Below are positions 49,192-59,268 of a stretch of DNA of 64,000 nt, piece after piece; within the stretch, counting starts at the first letter, position 1, and each line of letters begins with the position of its first letter. Source of the stretch: Candidatus Iainarchaeum sp. (GTDB taxonomy: Archaea; Iainarchaeota; Iainarchaeia; Iainarchaeales; JAGVWC01); contig JAGVWC010000008.1 of the NCBI GenBank assembly GCA_018304465.1, positions 96,001-160,000 of the forward strand. The letters are read 5' to 3'. The position numbers were made by a program, and so were the translations under genes. The notes under the pieces are model-generated. The model searched no databases, was not told where the DNA came from, and worked only from the letters and a program-made list of their open reading frames with translations.

Positions 49192-51039
49192 ATGCAATAC
49201 GCCCACCAAACCGGGGAAGACCTCTTAGAAAAAGTCCGCAACAGCCATTTTTCGTCGGAAATACCGCTGATTCGAAAAGCGCTTGAAAAAAACAAACCTC
49301 TTCCCGAACACACCCGAACGCTTGCCATCGACACGGCAAGCACGTTGACCCAATTTGGATTCGGAAAAACGGCCGTCTGCGCGGCACTGCTTCAATTCCA
49401 CGATCTTGAAACCCTCAAAGGCGAATTCGAATCCGAAATACTGGAACTGGCCCACGGACTGCAAAAAATCGAGCGCGTGAAAGCCAAGAACCGGGGAAAA
49501 CTATCCCCGGAATCACTGCAAAAAATCATTCTGGCCTTGTCACCGGATCCCCAAATCATCATCATCTGGATCTGCAAAAAACTCGTGGAACTGAGGTTTT
49601 TGTCCGAACAACCCAAAGACGAACAACTTCCGCTGGCCGAAGACGTGCTCAATCAATGGGTCCCCGTTATTCACAAACTCGGGCTGCACAAAATCCGGTG
49701 GGAAATCGAAGATCTGGCCATGAAAAAAATCCTGCCCAAAGAATACAAAGCCATCAAAGAATACCTCAACGACAAGCGAAACACGCGACAAGAAAAAATG
49801 CGCGAACTCGTCGAAAAACTCCGATCCGCGCTACAAAAAGCCCAACTTGAAGCTGTGGTATTCGGACGCGTCAAAAACTTTTACCGCATTTACAAAAAAA
49901 TGAACGAACAAAAACGAAACCTGAAAGACATCCACGATTTGATCGGCGCGCGCGTCATCTGCAACAGCGTAAACGAGTGCTACGAAACACTTGCCGTGAT
50001 CCAGAACTCCTTCAAACTCGAAACCCAAGGATTCGATGATTACATCCAAAAACCCAAAAAAACAAAGTACCAATCCATTCACGTCGACCTGGACTGGAAA
50101 GGAATACCATCCGAAATACAGATTCGAACCTGGGAGATGCACAAAGAAGCCGAAGAAGGCGTCGCCGCGCACTGGGAATACAAACAATACAAAAAAGACC
50201 CGACGTTTGACCGGCACTTAACGATTGCCAAACAACTGGCGGAATGGTTCGACCAAGTACACCACAAAAGCATCATGGACTCGCTGAACCTAAAATTCGA
50301 AAAAAACAAAATCTTCGTTTTAACCCCAAAAAGCGAACTCGTGGAGCTGCCCGAAAAAGCCACCCCCGTCGATTTTGCGTTTGCCGTGCACACAGAACTC
50401 GGATACAAATGCGAAAAAGCCCGCGTGAACGGAAAAATCGTCCCGCTCGATTACCAACTCCAAAACGCGGACAGCGTCGAAATCATCACCAGCGAAAAGC
50501 AAATTCCAAAACAACACTGGTTAACGTTTGTTCAAACCGAAAAAGCGAAACAAAAAATCCGAACCAAACTGAACATCGTTCCGACAAAACCCGAAAAAGA
50601 AAAAAAAACCGGAATCGTAAAAGCGACGTTCCGGAAAAACGCGCAGTTCCTTCCCGCCAAATGCTGCTCGCCGATTCCGGGCGATGAAATCGTCGGGCAC
50701 AAAACCACGAAACGAAAAATAAAAATCCACCGGATCGACTGCCCCAATGCCCAGCGGATACCCGAAGACGAGCGACTGACACTATCCAACGCATCGTTCA
50801 CTCAAAAAGAATTCGAAACCACGCTGCGAATCAACGTGCACAACCAGCCGGGAGTACTCTCCGAAATACTGGACGCCATCGGCAAACACGATACCAAAAT
50901 CATTTCCACCGAAGCCGTTACGCACGCGCACTCAATCACATGCCGATTCCGCATCAAAACAAAAAACAGGAAAACCTTCGAGCAAACCGCCGAACGCGTA
51001 CAGAAAATCAAAGGGATTATCGACGTACAACGCGGATGA
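49192..51039 (+). CDS. long RelA/SpoT homologue (degenerate HD, SYNTH, TGS, ZFD, ACT)
   Basis: GRVK..Y.IYKKM, DLIGAR, FDDYI..PK...YQSIH, EIQIRT, AAHWEYK, TPVDFAFAVHT, CCSPIPGD, HRIDC. Confidence 0.92.
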   Translation: MQYAHQTGEDLLEKVRNSHFSSEIPLIRKALEKNKPLPEHTRTLAIDTASTLTQFGFGKTAVCAALLQFHDLETLKGEFESEILELAHGLQKIERVKAKNRGKLSPESLQKIILALSPDPQIIIIWICKKLVELRFLSEQPKDEQLPLAEDVLNQWVPVIHKLGLHKIRWEIEDLAMKKILPKEYKAIKEYLNDKRNTRQEKMRELVEKLRSALQKAQLEAVVFGRVKNFYRIYKKMNEQKRNLKDIHDLIGARVICNSVNECYETLAVIQNSFKLETQGFDDYIQKPKKTKYQSIHVDLDWKGIPSEIQIRTWEMHKEAEEGVAAHWEYKQYKKDPTFDRHLTIAKQLAEWFDQVHHKSIMDSLNLKFEKNKIFVLTPKSELVELPEKATPVDFAFAVHTELGYKCEKARVNGKIVPLDYQLQNADSVEIITSEKQIPKQHWLTFVQTEKAKQKIRTKLNIVPTKPEKEKKTGIVKATFRKNAQFLPAKCCSPIPGDEIVGHKTTKRKIKIHRIDCPNAQRIPEDERLTLSNASFTQKEFETTLRINVHNQPGVLSEILDAIGKHDTKIISTEAVTHAHSITCRFRIKTKNRKTFEQTAERVQKIKGIIDVQRG

Positions 51040-51598
51040 CTCGCGGCGACGAAACCAATCGAAGAACCTCGTTGACGCTTTGTTCCACCGTCTGGTTCGA
51101 AGTGTCGATTTCGACGTCGCACAATTCCCGAAAATCCGAAACCATCGAATCGAAAAAACGCCGGTTCACGAGCAAACGTTTTTCGTCCCGAGTCAAATGA
51201 GAACGCATCTTGAGGCGTTTTTTAACGGTTTTGTAATCCGCATACAAATGAATCGAAAGCGTCGGTTTTTCGAGGGAAATGTTCTCCAGAATCCGCAAAA
51301 CACCCGGCATTTTCCGCTCGTACGCATCCACGACCAAAGTCGGGAAAAACCGGTCGCAAATAATGTTTTTCTTTCCGCGTTTTTTCACGCGGGCGGACGT
51401 ATCCACCACCGCTTCCAGATAAAAAACCAGGTTCAAAAACCCGTTGTCATCCCGAAGCGACATCGAACGACGCTGCTTCAATTCCGCGGACGGAGTAGAC
51501 ACATAAGACCAGCCTTTGAGCGCGGAAATCTTTCGCGCAACGGTTGTTTTTCCGACGCCATCGACGCCTTCCAAAACAAAAAAAGAGCTTTTGCGCAT
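51017..51598 (-). CDS. second dTMP-kinase-like NMP kinase
   Basis: LEGVDGVGKTT, ICDRF, IDTS. Confidence 0.75.
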   Translation of the reverse strand: MRKSSFFVLEGVDGVGKTTVARKISALKGWSYVSTPSAELKQRRSMSLRDDNGFLNLVFYLEAVVDTSARVKKRGKKNIICDRFFPTLVVDAYERKMPGVLRILENISLEKPTLSIHLYADYKTVKKRLKMRSHLTRDEKRLLVNRRFFDSMVSDFRELCDVEIDTSNQTVEQSVNEVLRLVSSPRVIRVVRR

Positions 51599-51681
51599 AT
51601 ACAAGTACAATCATATTCCAATAAAATCATTTCTGTTGGCCAATGGAAAAGGTTAATAAAACAATAAACAATAAACCTACG

Positions 51682-52437
51682 ATGATTCCGCTTGAAATAA
51701 AACGCATCAAAACAGGCATCACCGGTCTTGACGACTTGATGGAAGGCGGATTTCCGCAAGGACGCAGCGTACTCGTATCCGGCGCATGCGGAACCGGAAA
51801 AACCATTTTTTGCCTGCAGTTCCTATACAGCGGCGCCAGAAAATTCAACGAACCAGGAATTTACGTTACGCTGGATGAACGACCCGATCTGATCCGCGAA
51901 GACATGCTGCGCTTCGGATGGGATCTCCACGAACTCGAAGAAAAAAACCTTTTACAGATCATCGACGGAAGCATCGCCAAAATCGGAATTCCTTCCGAAG
52001 AAATCTTTTCCCTGCCCGTCACCGGATTTGATTTGGACAAACTCCTGCTTGAAATCATGCGGGTATCCAAGCGCATCAACGCCAAACGCGTCGTTATCGA
52101 CTCCATTCCGGCACTTGGATTCAACTATGAAAATGAAAACGAAATCCGAAAAGCGATTCTCAAACTATCCTACATGCTCACCCGCGCCGGCGTCACAAGC
52201 CTCATGACCAGCGAAATCGACGAAGCAAGCAACCGGTTCGGGAAATACGGCGTCGAAGAATACGTCGTTGACGGCGTACTGGTGCTTCATTACATGGGCG
52301 TCGGAACACAAGCCAACCGAACGCTTCACATCCGAAAAATGCGCGCGACCGCGCACAGCGAAGATCTTCACCCCATGGTTATCAGCAAAGAAGGCGTATC
52401 CGTTCACTCGATCGACGACGAATACAAACAAACCTGA
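51682..52437 (+). CDS. single-domain KaiC/RAD55-like ATPase
   Basis: TGITGLD...GGFP, GACGTGKT, VIDSI, EEYVVDG, IRKMR. Confidence 0.92.
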   Translation: MIPLEIKRIKTGITGLDDLMEGGFPQGRSVLVSGACGTGKTIFCLQFLYSGARKFNEPGIYVTLDERPDLIREDMLRFGWDLHELEEKNLLQIIDGSIAKIGIPSEEIFSLPVTGFDLDKLLLEIMRVSKRINAKRVVIDSIPALGFNYENENEIRKAILKLSYMLTRAGVTSLMTSEIDEASNRFGKYGVEEYVVDGVLVLHYMGVGTQANRTLHIRKMRATAHSEDLHPMVISKEGVSVHSIDDEYKQT

Positions 52438-52447
52438 TTTTCGATTA

Positions 52448-52600
52448 ATGAAAAAAAACCAACTGCCGCGCACCCAAAAATTCGACGTCATCGTACGCGG
52501 CGAAGACCTGATTACACGCCTTAATCGCGGAGGATACTCGGTAAAAACCCAGTCTTACGGAGACTACCGAATGCTACCGACCGCCAAAAACAACGCATAA
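52448..52600 (+). CDS. possible small protein (50 aa)
   Basis: ATG ORF filling the gap; no motif. Confidence 0.3.
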   Translation: MKKNQLPRTQKFDVIVRGEDLITRLNRGGYSVKTQSYGDYRMLPTAKNNA

Positions 52601-52659
52601 ACCCTTAGTTGAGAGGCTGGGATTTAAAATCGTTCTTGCGCCCAATTTTAACGGTAAAA

Positions 52660-54153
52660 ATGCCCGAAAAAAACGATTTGGTTGAAAGCAAACTAGGTCA
52701 TTTGAAAACGCTGCGGGAAAACGGAATCAACCCCTATCCGTATCACTTCGAAGCTAACGCCACGTCTCAACAGCTTCACCAGAAATACGAATCCTTGGCC
52801 GCAGCCGAAGAAACCCAAGAAACCACTTGCATCAGCGGCAGAATCAAAATCATCCGAAGCTTCGGAAAACTCGTTTTTCTTGACGTATGGGACCACACCG
52901 GAAAAATACAAGTACAAGCCAAAGAAGACGAAACCGACAAAGAAAGCCTTTTTATCGTTGAAAACCTTGATCCCGGCGACTGGATCGGAATCGAAGGACG
53001 CATCATCAAAACCAAACGCGGAGAACTCACGGTGCTCGCCAAAAAATTCACGGTCTTATCCAAAAGCATCCAGCCGCTTCCCGAAAAATGGCACGGCCTC
53101 ACCGACACCGAAACGCGCTATCGACAACGACACCTCGACCTGATCATGAACCCCGAAGTCAAACGCGTATTCGAAAAACGCAGCCAAATCATCAAAACCG
53201 TCCGCGAATACCTGGACCAACATGGATTCGTCGAAGTCGAAATCCCGTCGCTCCAACCGGTTTACGGAGGCGCGAACGCCAAACCATTCAAAACGCTTTC
53301 CAACGCCCTCAAACAAGAGTTATACCTCTCGATCTCGCCGGAACTCTACCTCAAACGCCTCATCGTCGGGGGATTCGACAAAGTGTATTTTTTGGGCAAG
53401 AGTTTTCGCAACGAAGACATCGACAAAACCCATAACCCCGAATTCACGATCATGGAATGTTACGCGGCCAATTGGGATTACAACGACATGATGAAATTGT
53501 TCGAGGACATGTACAATTACGTGGCCAAAAAAGTGACGGGAACCACCCAAATCGAATACGACGGAACCATCGTCGATCTCAAAGCACCTTGGCGACGACT
53601 TCCCGTGAAACAAGGCCTCAAAGAATACGCCAACATCGACGTTGACAAACTCAAAGACGCGGAACTGATCAAACTCGTCAAACACCATGCACCCGATTAC
53701 GACGGTCCCCAAATCAGAGGACTACTCATCGCCGAATTATTCGAAGCCCTCGTCGAAGAAAAACTTGGAAAACAACCCGTGTTCATCACGGACTACCCTG
53801 CCGAAACTACGCCGCTATGCAAAGCCCATCGCGACAATCCCGAACTGATCGAACGATTCGAACCGCTTGTCAACGGATGGGAAGCGGGCAACGCATACAG
53901 CGAACTCAACGACCCCGTGCTCCAGCGAAAACTGCTTGAACAACAAGCCTCGGAAGGACGCGCCGGCGGAACCGCCGAACCCGTCGACGAAGACTTCATC
54001 AACGCCATCGAATACGGAATGCCCCCAACCGGCGGACTCGGCGTCGGAATCGACCGCATGGTCATGCTGTTGACCGGACAATCCACCATCAAAGACGTCG
54101 TGCTCTGGCCGCTGATGAAAAACAAGGAAGAAAAAAAGCCAGAAACGAAATAA
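52660..54153 (+). CDS. lysS: lysyl-tRNA synthetase, class II
   Basis: OB fold, LPEKWHGL..RYRQR, FRNE...HNPEF, NAYSELNDP, GMPPTGG.G.GIDR. Confidence 0.97.
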   Translation: MPEKNDLVESKLGHLKTLRENGINPYPYHFEANATSQQLHQKYESLAAAEETQETTCISGRIKIIRSFGKLVFLDVWDHTGKIQVQAKEDETDKESLFIVENLDPGDWIGIEGRIIKTKRGELTVLAKKFTVLSKSIQPLPEKWHGLTDTETRYRQRHLDLIMNPEVKRVFEKRSQIIKTVREYLDQHGFVEVEIPSLQPVYGGANAKPFKTLSNALKQELYLSISPELYLKRLIVGGFDKVYFLGKSFRNEDIDKTHNPEFTIMECYAANWDYNDMMKLFEDMYNYVAKKVTGTTQIEYDGTIVDLKAPWRRLPVKQGLKEYANIDVDKLKDAELIKLVKHHAPDYDGPQIRGLLIAELFEALVEEKLGKQPVFITDYPAETTPLCKAHRDNPELIERFEPLVNGWEAGNAYSELNDPVLQRKLLEQQASEGRAGGTAEPVDEDFINAIEYGMPPTGGLGVGIDRMVMLLTGQSTIKDVVLWPLMKNKEEKKPETK

Positions 54154-54168
54154 CGGACAAAACGACCG

Positions 54169-54909
54169 CTAGTTCTTTGCAATCGTCCACAAAAAATGAA
54201 AATACTGCGTAAACGAATCCGCCACCGCCTGGCTTTCGATCAAAATCGCGAACGGGTCCTCGTTCAACAGCAAAATCACGGTGACGTTACCCGAAACATC
54301 CACCATCATCGGATTGCGGTACGCATCCGGCAAAAACCGAATCTCGCAGTTTTTCTTAAACCCGATGTCTTTTCTTCCCCGCGCAAACTCGTAATAAATC
54401 ATTTTTACGGGAATGTCATGCGATTCAACATGCTGTCGGATCCATTTGAAATCAGACCCCATGACTTCCCGCGTGCGACCCGAACTGCCCAACCCGAAAA
54501 CCGGCAGGTTTAACGAAAACAATTTGTCCATCGCGGCTTTCACCCCGCGGCGACCCTTGAAAAAAAACACGCCTTGGTTTTGTTTCAGGTTCGAAAACAA
54601 TTCGCTCAATTCCGGATACGCCTGCTGCAAGCGACGCTTTGAAAGCAGCAAGTCGGATTCGCGCCGGTCCATAATGTCGATTAATTCTTTTGGAGACGCC
54701 GCTTCGAACACTTTCGTTTTCGCGCGTACTACGGAGCCCACTAAGCCTTTTTCCGAAAGACGGCCCAGCACGTCGTACACCAACACACGATGCAAACCCG
54801 AATCCGACACGATCCGGCTTGCCTCCGAGGGCCCAAGCTTAAGCAGGGAAAAATATACCTTGGCCTCGTTTCGGGTCAAACCACAGGATTCCAAAACCGC
54901 CAAATCCAT
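54169..54909 (-). CDS. TrmB family transcriptional regulator
   Basis: GLT.NEAKVY..LL, VYDVL.RL..KGLV, F..YF.FLW. Confidence 0.9.
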   Translation of the reverse strand: MDLAVLESCGLTRNEAKVYFSLLKLGPSEASRIVSDSGLHRVLVYDVLGRLSEKGLVGSVVRAKTKVFEAASPKELIDIMDRRESDLLLSKRRLQQAYPELSELFSNLKQNQGVFFFKGRRGVKAAMDKLFSLNLPVFGLGSSGRTREVMGSDFKWIRQHVESHDIPVKMIYYEFARGRKDIGFKKNCEIRFLPDAYRNPMMVDVSGNVTVILLLNEDPFAILIESQAVADSFTQYFHFLWTIAKN

Positions 54910-54981
54910 ATCAATCCGTAGTTAGGTAGGTTACTACAATAATATAAATATTGCATTTGAGAAGAATCTGTATAGACCCAT

Positions 54982-56550
54982 ATGAAATACACGAAAAACC
55001 TGTTTGAACAACACCCATCCCAATTGCTCAAAGAACCTTGGTATCACCAGCGATTCGACGGATGCCCGCTGCTCATCAGCTATATCGGAGAAGCCCAAGC
55101 CAGAAAAGAAACGCGTAAACGGGATAACCATTTCACGCTCCAGTTATCGTTTTTCGAAAACGAACGAACCGACTGGTACATGTACCAACCCGACATCGAT
55201 CGCGTCACAGGAAACTTTATCCGCTTAACCACCGAAAAACCGGATGACTGCACTCGCATCCTTTCCGACTGGCAAGAAGACGAAATTCGGTTCTACGACA
55301 AATGCATCGAACTCAAAAAAACCGATTTGACCCAACGAACGGATCAGCAACTCAAACACTTTTTTCTGGACCTAAACGAAATTTACCTGAACCGGCTCAC
55401 CTCCAGTTCCCTCATCGACGGATTCGCCTTGGGAAGCGACAGAATCGTCGCCGAAATGATCCAAAAAAAAGTCGGAGAACAAAAACTCGGCGGATCATTC
55501 ACCGAATACTTCTCCGCGCTCACGGCCCCCGTTCACTTGTCATTTATCAACGATGTCGAAATCGAAATACTGCAAGTCGCCCAAAAAGTCCAGAAAAAAC
55601 CCGGTTTGAAAAGAGCTTTCCTGCGAGAAGACCCCGACGAAATCTCCCGTGAACTCAAAAAAAACCCTTCCATTCAACACGCGATTCAAAGCCTGCAGGA
55701 CAAATTTTTCTGGAGCAAAAACAATTACGTCCACGACAACCGCCTCGATACCGCCCATTTTATCCGAGAAATCCAGGAAATCCTACGCCAACACACCGAC
55801 ATTTTGGGTCACATCGAAAAAATCAAAAATACGCCGATTCAAAACCGAAAAGAAAAAGAAAAACTATTCAAAAAACTCGAAATTGACGGAACCCTCAAAG
55901 CCCTCATCAGACTAAACGAAGATTTCACGTACTGGCAAGACGAACGAAAAAAAGCAACGTACTGGGGCACGCACTACCTCGGCGTTCTGCTCGAAGAAAT
56001 CGGAAAACGCACGGGCTACACCGTGGACGAAATCAAATATTTCACGCCAAGCGAAGTTCATCACGTATTCGAAAAAAAAGACTGGCACGCCGAACTTGCC
56101 GCCCGAAAAAAAGGCTGTGTCATCCACTGGGACGAAACCCGATTCGAAGTACTGAGCGGGGCAAAATACCAGAAATTCAAAAAAGATTTCCGGGGACATA
56201 CAGATTACGCCCACCTGACCGAACTCAAAGGACTCACCGCCTGCCTTGGAAAAGTCCAAGGAACCGTCAAACGCGTGCTCAGCGCAACCGAAGTTGGAAA
56301 AGTCGAAAAAGGAGACATTCTTGTCGCCGTCATGACAAGACCGGACTACATTGTGGCCATGAAAAAAGCCGCCGCCATTGTCACCAACGAAGGCGGCATC
56401 ACCAGCCACGCCGCGATCGTCAGCCGGGAACTCAAAATCCCCTGCGTCATCGGCACCAAAATCGCGACGAACGCCCTACACGACGGAGACCTCATCGAAG
56501 TAGATGCCGACAACGGGATTATTCGAATACTCAAACGCGCGTCACAATGA
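54982..56550 (+). CDS. PEP-utilising enzyme mobile (phospho-His) domain protein
   Basis: GDILVAVMTRPDY...GGITSHAAIVSREL.IPCVIGT...DGD.IEVDA..G. Confidence 0.88.
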   Translation: MKYTKNLFEQHPSQLLKEPWYHQRFDGCPLLISYIGEAQARKETRKRDNHFTLQLSFFENERTDWYMYQPDIDRVTGNFIRLTTEKPDDCTRILSDWQEDEIRFYDKCIELKKTDLTQRTDQQLKHFFLDLNEIYLNRLTSSSLIDGFALGSDRIVAEMIQKKVGEQKLGGSFTEYFSALTAPVHLSFINDVEIEILQVAQKVQKKPGLKRAFLREDPDEISRELKKNPSIQHAIQSLQDKFFWSKNNYVHDNRLDTAHFIREIQEILRQHTDILGHIEKIKNTPIQNRKEKEKLFKKLEIDGTLKALIRLNEDFTYWQDERKKATYWGTHYLGVLLEEIGKRTGYTVDEIKYFTPSEVHHVFEKKDWHAELAARKKGCVIHWDETRFEVLSGAKYQKFKKDFRGHTDYAHLTELKGLTACLGKVQGTVKRVLSATEVGKVEKGDILVAVMTRPDYIVAMKKAAAIVTNEGGITSHAAIVSRELKIPCVIGTKIATNALHDGDLIEVDADNGIIRILKRASQ

Positions 56551-57015
56551 AAACGACCCCAGACGCGGCTTTACCAACTCCACTAAATCCCCACTTTTCA
56601 TTTCCACGGAACGCGTATGCAACCCAACGGAAAAATCCACCCGGTTGTTTTCAAGGATTTTTCGGTCAAAAAACGTCGGCAGATTCGAAAACAAACCCGA
56701 AAACGGGGAAACCGACCCCACTTCACAACCCGTGATCCGGAGCACGTCTTCTTTGGATGCCAAAAACAACCGATCCGCGTTCGCCAAATCCGCGGCTTTC
56801 TTCAAATCAACTTTCCGGTCCGCTGGCAGACAAAACAAAAAAAAATTACCCGCGTTTGAACGCGTCACGATCGCCTTGACGCCGCGGTGAAGCCCCACTT
56901 TTCGCAAACCCGCGGCTTCTTGTGACGTAAACACGGGCGCGTGTTCCATCAACTCAAACGGCTTTCCGGAGTCCAACAGCAACAATCGGATTTCTTCAAA
57001 TTGTTTTTCGCCCAA
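56542..57015 (-). CDS. YbaK/ProXp aminoacyl-tRNA deacylase family
   Basis: H.PVFTS.EAA, VKAI, TGCEVGSVSPF. Confidence 0.9.
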   Translation of the reverse strand: MGEKQFEEIRLLLLDSGKPFELMEHAPVFTSQEAAGLRKVGLHRGVKAIVTRSNAGNFFLFCLPADRKVDLKKAADLANADRLFLASKEDVLRITGCEVGSVSPFSGLFSNLPTFFDRKILENNRVDFSVGLHTRSVEMKSGDLVELVKPRLGSFSL

Positions 57016-57027
57016 ACGCGATCACCA

Positions 57028-57804
57028 TTACGGAGCGGAAGAACCGATCACCGCCAAATACGCCGACGGATTCACGACCGTGGTATACGTGACAATAACG
57101 GCCAAAAAAAACCGAACGCCCCAAAACAACAACAATAGCGCCGGGTTTCCCACCAAAAACGCAAGCCCAAAATTAAGCAACGAAACCAAAAACGACAACA
57201 ACGCCGCGGGCGAAAACGACACCCAATTCTTTCTCGACAACGCAAATGAACGCGAAAGCGACTGCCAATACGAACCTTTCTCCAACACCGACACGCTCAA
57301 CAACGGATACGTAAACACGTAAATCACCAACAACGCGATCAAGGAACCCACCAGCGTCACGCCAAACAACGCGGGAGACACCAACAACACCAACGTCGAA
57401 ATAATCGCCAAAATAATGGAAACCACCAAATCAAACCCCGCAAGCAACGGCACCGACACCCAAAACCGCTTGGCCGAAGCCTGAATCGCTAACCGAAACG
57501 ACACGCGCTTGGACAAATGAAACTGCGACACCAACGCCGGATACCAACTCGAAATCCACACATCCAATAACAACACGAAAATCGAACCCAACGACAACAA
57601 CAAAACCGGGCCCAGCAAGGCCAACGCTTCCGCTTGCGACAACGGATCCACCCCAAACGCGGACGGCGCCAACGCCACCGACAAACGCGCGGACTCCAGC
57701 ATGACAAAACCATACAACAACGCGACCAAAAGCTTCGGAACCAACAGCTTCGGATGGCGCACCACCAGAGAAAACGCGTCGGAAAAAAACGACCAGGACA
57801 CCAT
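57028..57804 (-). CDS. multi-pass membrane protein
   Basis: About 6 hydrophobic helices; coupled to the upstream stop. Confidence 0.75.
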   Translation of the reverse strand: MVSWSFFSDAFSLVVRHPKLLVPKLLVALLYGFVMLESARLSVALAPSAFGVDPLSQAEALALLGPVLLLSLGSIFVLLLDVWISSWYPALVSQFHLSKRVSFRLAIQASAKRFWVSVPLLAGFDLVVSIILAIISTLVLLVSPALFGVTLVGSLIALLVIYVFTYPLLSVSVLEKGSYWQSLSRSFALSRKNWVSFSPAALLSFLVSLLNFGLAFLVGNPALLLLFWGVRFFLAVIVTYTTVVNPSAYLAVIGSSAP

Positions 57805-58082
57805 CAACGATTCCCCGGTTTGTACAGCTTCGAATCCCAAAGCGCCTTAAAGAAAGGCAACGTCAACGTGGACAACATAAATCCAACCGCTGGAACAATC
57901 GCGTTTAACCACGGATTCGGAACCGAAATCACGGACAAATAAATACCGATCGCAAGATACGTAAACAACATCAACAACAATCGACGCAACCAACTCGTTT
58001 CCCAGGCTTTGTCCAACTCCACCCGGGCATTACGCGCCTTGATTTCTTCCACGTCCCGAAAAAGAGAATCAATATCCGCCAT
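57804..58082 (-). CDS. small membrane protein
   Basis: RN.RVE.DKAWETS..RR followed by two TM helices. Confidence 0.75.
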   Translation of the reverse strand: MADIDSLFRDVEEIKARNARVELDKAWETSWLRRLLLMLFTYLAIGIYLSVISVPNPWLNAIVPAVGFMLSTLTLPFFKALWDSKLYKPGNR

Positions 58083-58177
58083 ATATCAAAGCACAACCAC
58101 CAAAAACGATTTAAAGGAAAATAATCCAAAACAGACGCTAAGCCGGCCGACAACCCACACAAGTATAAAAAAAAGAA

Positions 58178-58295
58178 TGAGGCTGGGGAGATTTGAACTC
58201 CCGACACATCGGTCTTCAGCCGATTGCTCTCCTGAGTCTGCAACGAAAAACTGTATAACAGATTTCTCAATTACAACGGACTGAGCTACAGCCTC
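58178..58295 (-). tRNA. tRNA-Phe(GAA) with a 44-nt D-loop intron (58233-58276)
   Basis: GAGGCTG/CAGCCTC acceptor, ATCGG-ctGAAga-CCGAT; removing the BHB intron leaves a 74-nt tRNA. Confidence 0.92.
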
Positions 58296-58327
58296 TCAAT
58301 AAGTAAAGAAATTGCGTTAAAAAGGTT

Positions 58328-59110
58328 TTAAAAGCGTTGAGTCCTAAGACTCAGTTTTTCCGCAGTTTTGGCTAAACGCCACTGTTTGACAGGGTGCAAA
58401 AATAAGTGATTTTCCGCCAAAAAAACAATATCAGAAAAACGTTCCACTTGAATATACGCCGAAACGTTATTTGGATCCAAATAAGGACCGTTCATTTTCA
58501 GTCCGAAAGCCGATTCGAAAAGACTTTTCACTTCACGAATAAACGGGATACATTTCATTCGAATTTTGACGCGAGGGGCAGATTTAAATCCACCTTCTAC
58601 GGCACGTGTGTCTCCCTCCGCGTCAAATAAACCCCGCAAAAACCACCGTTGTAATTCCACTGGAGCGTTCCAGACCACAGCAGGGGCATGTAATGAATTC
58701 GTCTTTGAACCGCACGGAAGTTCAAAAAGAACAGTCAAAAATAAATACACCCGCTTACTTGTCGGGTTGATGTACAGCGTTCGTTCCCCTTTACTTAAAC
58801 GCTCATAGCGAATAGGGGGACAATCGCCAAACAAATCAGAATACAACGATTGAATAAACATCATCTGAGACTCAAATTCGTCCGCGATGATCATCTTGTA
58901 CTCCCGACGGCGGGAAACCAAATATGAACGCTCGACATTCTTTAATCCACCGTCACCGAAGAAATAACCAGCAAAATACGCGAGTTTTGGCGAAAGCTCC
59001 GTTGGGCAGTTTGCAAATTCATGACTTGGTAAAGAATCAATCGGACTTGCGGGACAGAAAGGATCAACCAATTCGGATTCCGAAATAAAGCCATAAGCTG
59101 TTCGAAGCAT
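58328..59110 (-). mobile_element. free-standing LAGLIDADG homing-endonuclease-like gene
   Basis: AYFAGYFFGDGG and FLRGLFDAEGD motifs; no intein splicing blocks. Confidence 0.85.
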
Positions 59111-59177
59111 TTAGAAAAAAGCGAGAACAAAAAGAATAACCTTTCGAGGCGCCTGATTGCCGGTGAAAAAAAGAATG

Positions 59178-59263
59178 CGGGCTCAGTGGGGATCGAACCC
59201 ACGATCACTCGGTTGCTCCAAGAACCTAAGAGCCGAGTGCTTTACCGGCTAAGCTATGAGCCC
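59178..59263 (-). tRNA. tRNA-Lys(CTT) with a 13-nt intron at 37/38 (59214-59226)
   Basis: GGGCTCA/TGAGCCC acceptor; CTCGG-ctCTTa[GGTTCTTGGAGCA]a-CCGAG. Confidence 0.9.
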
Positions 59264-59268
59264 AAATG

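Noticed and set aside
51682-52437. Circadian clock system
   Set aside because: Single-domain KaiC-like ATPases are common in archaea, and no kaiA/kaiB is present.
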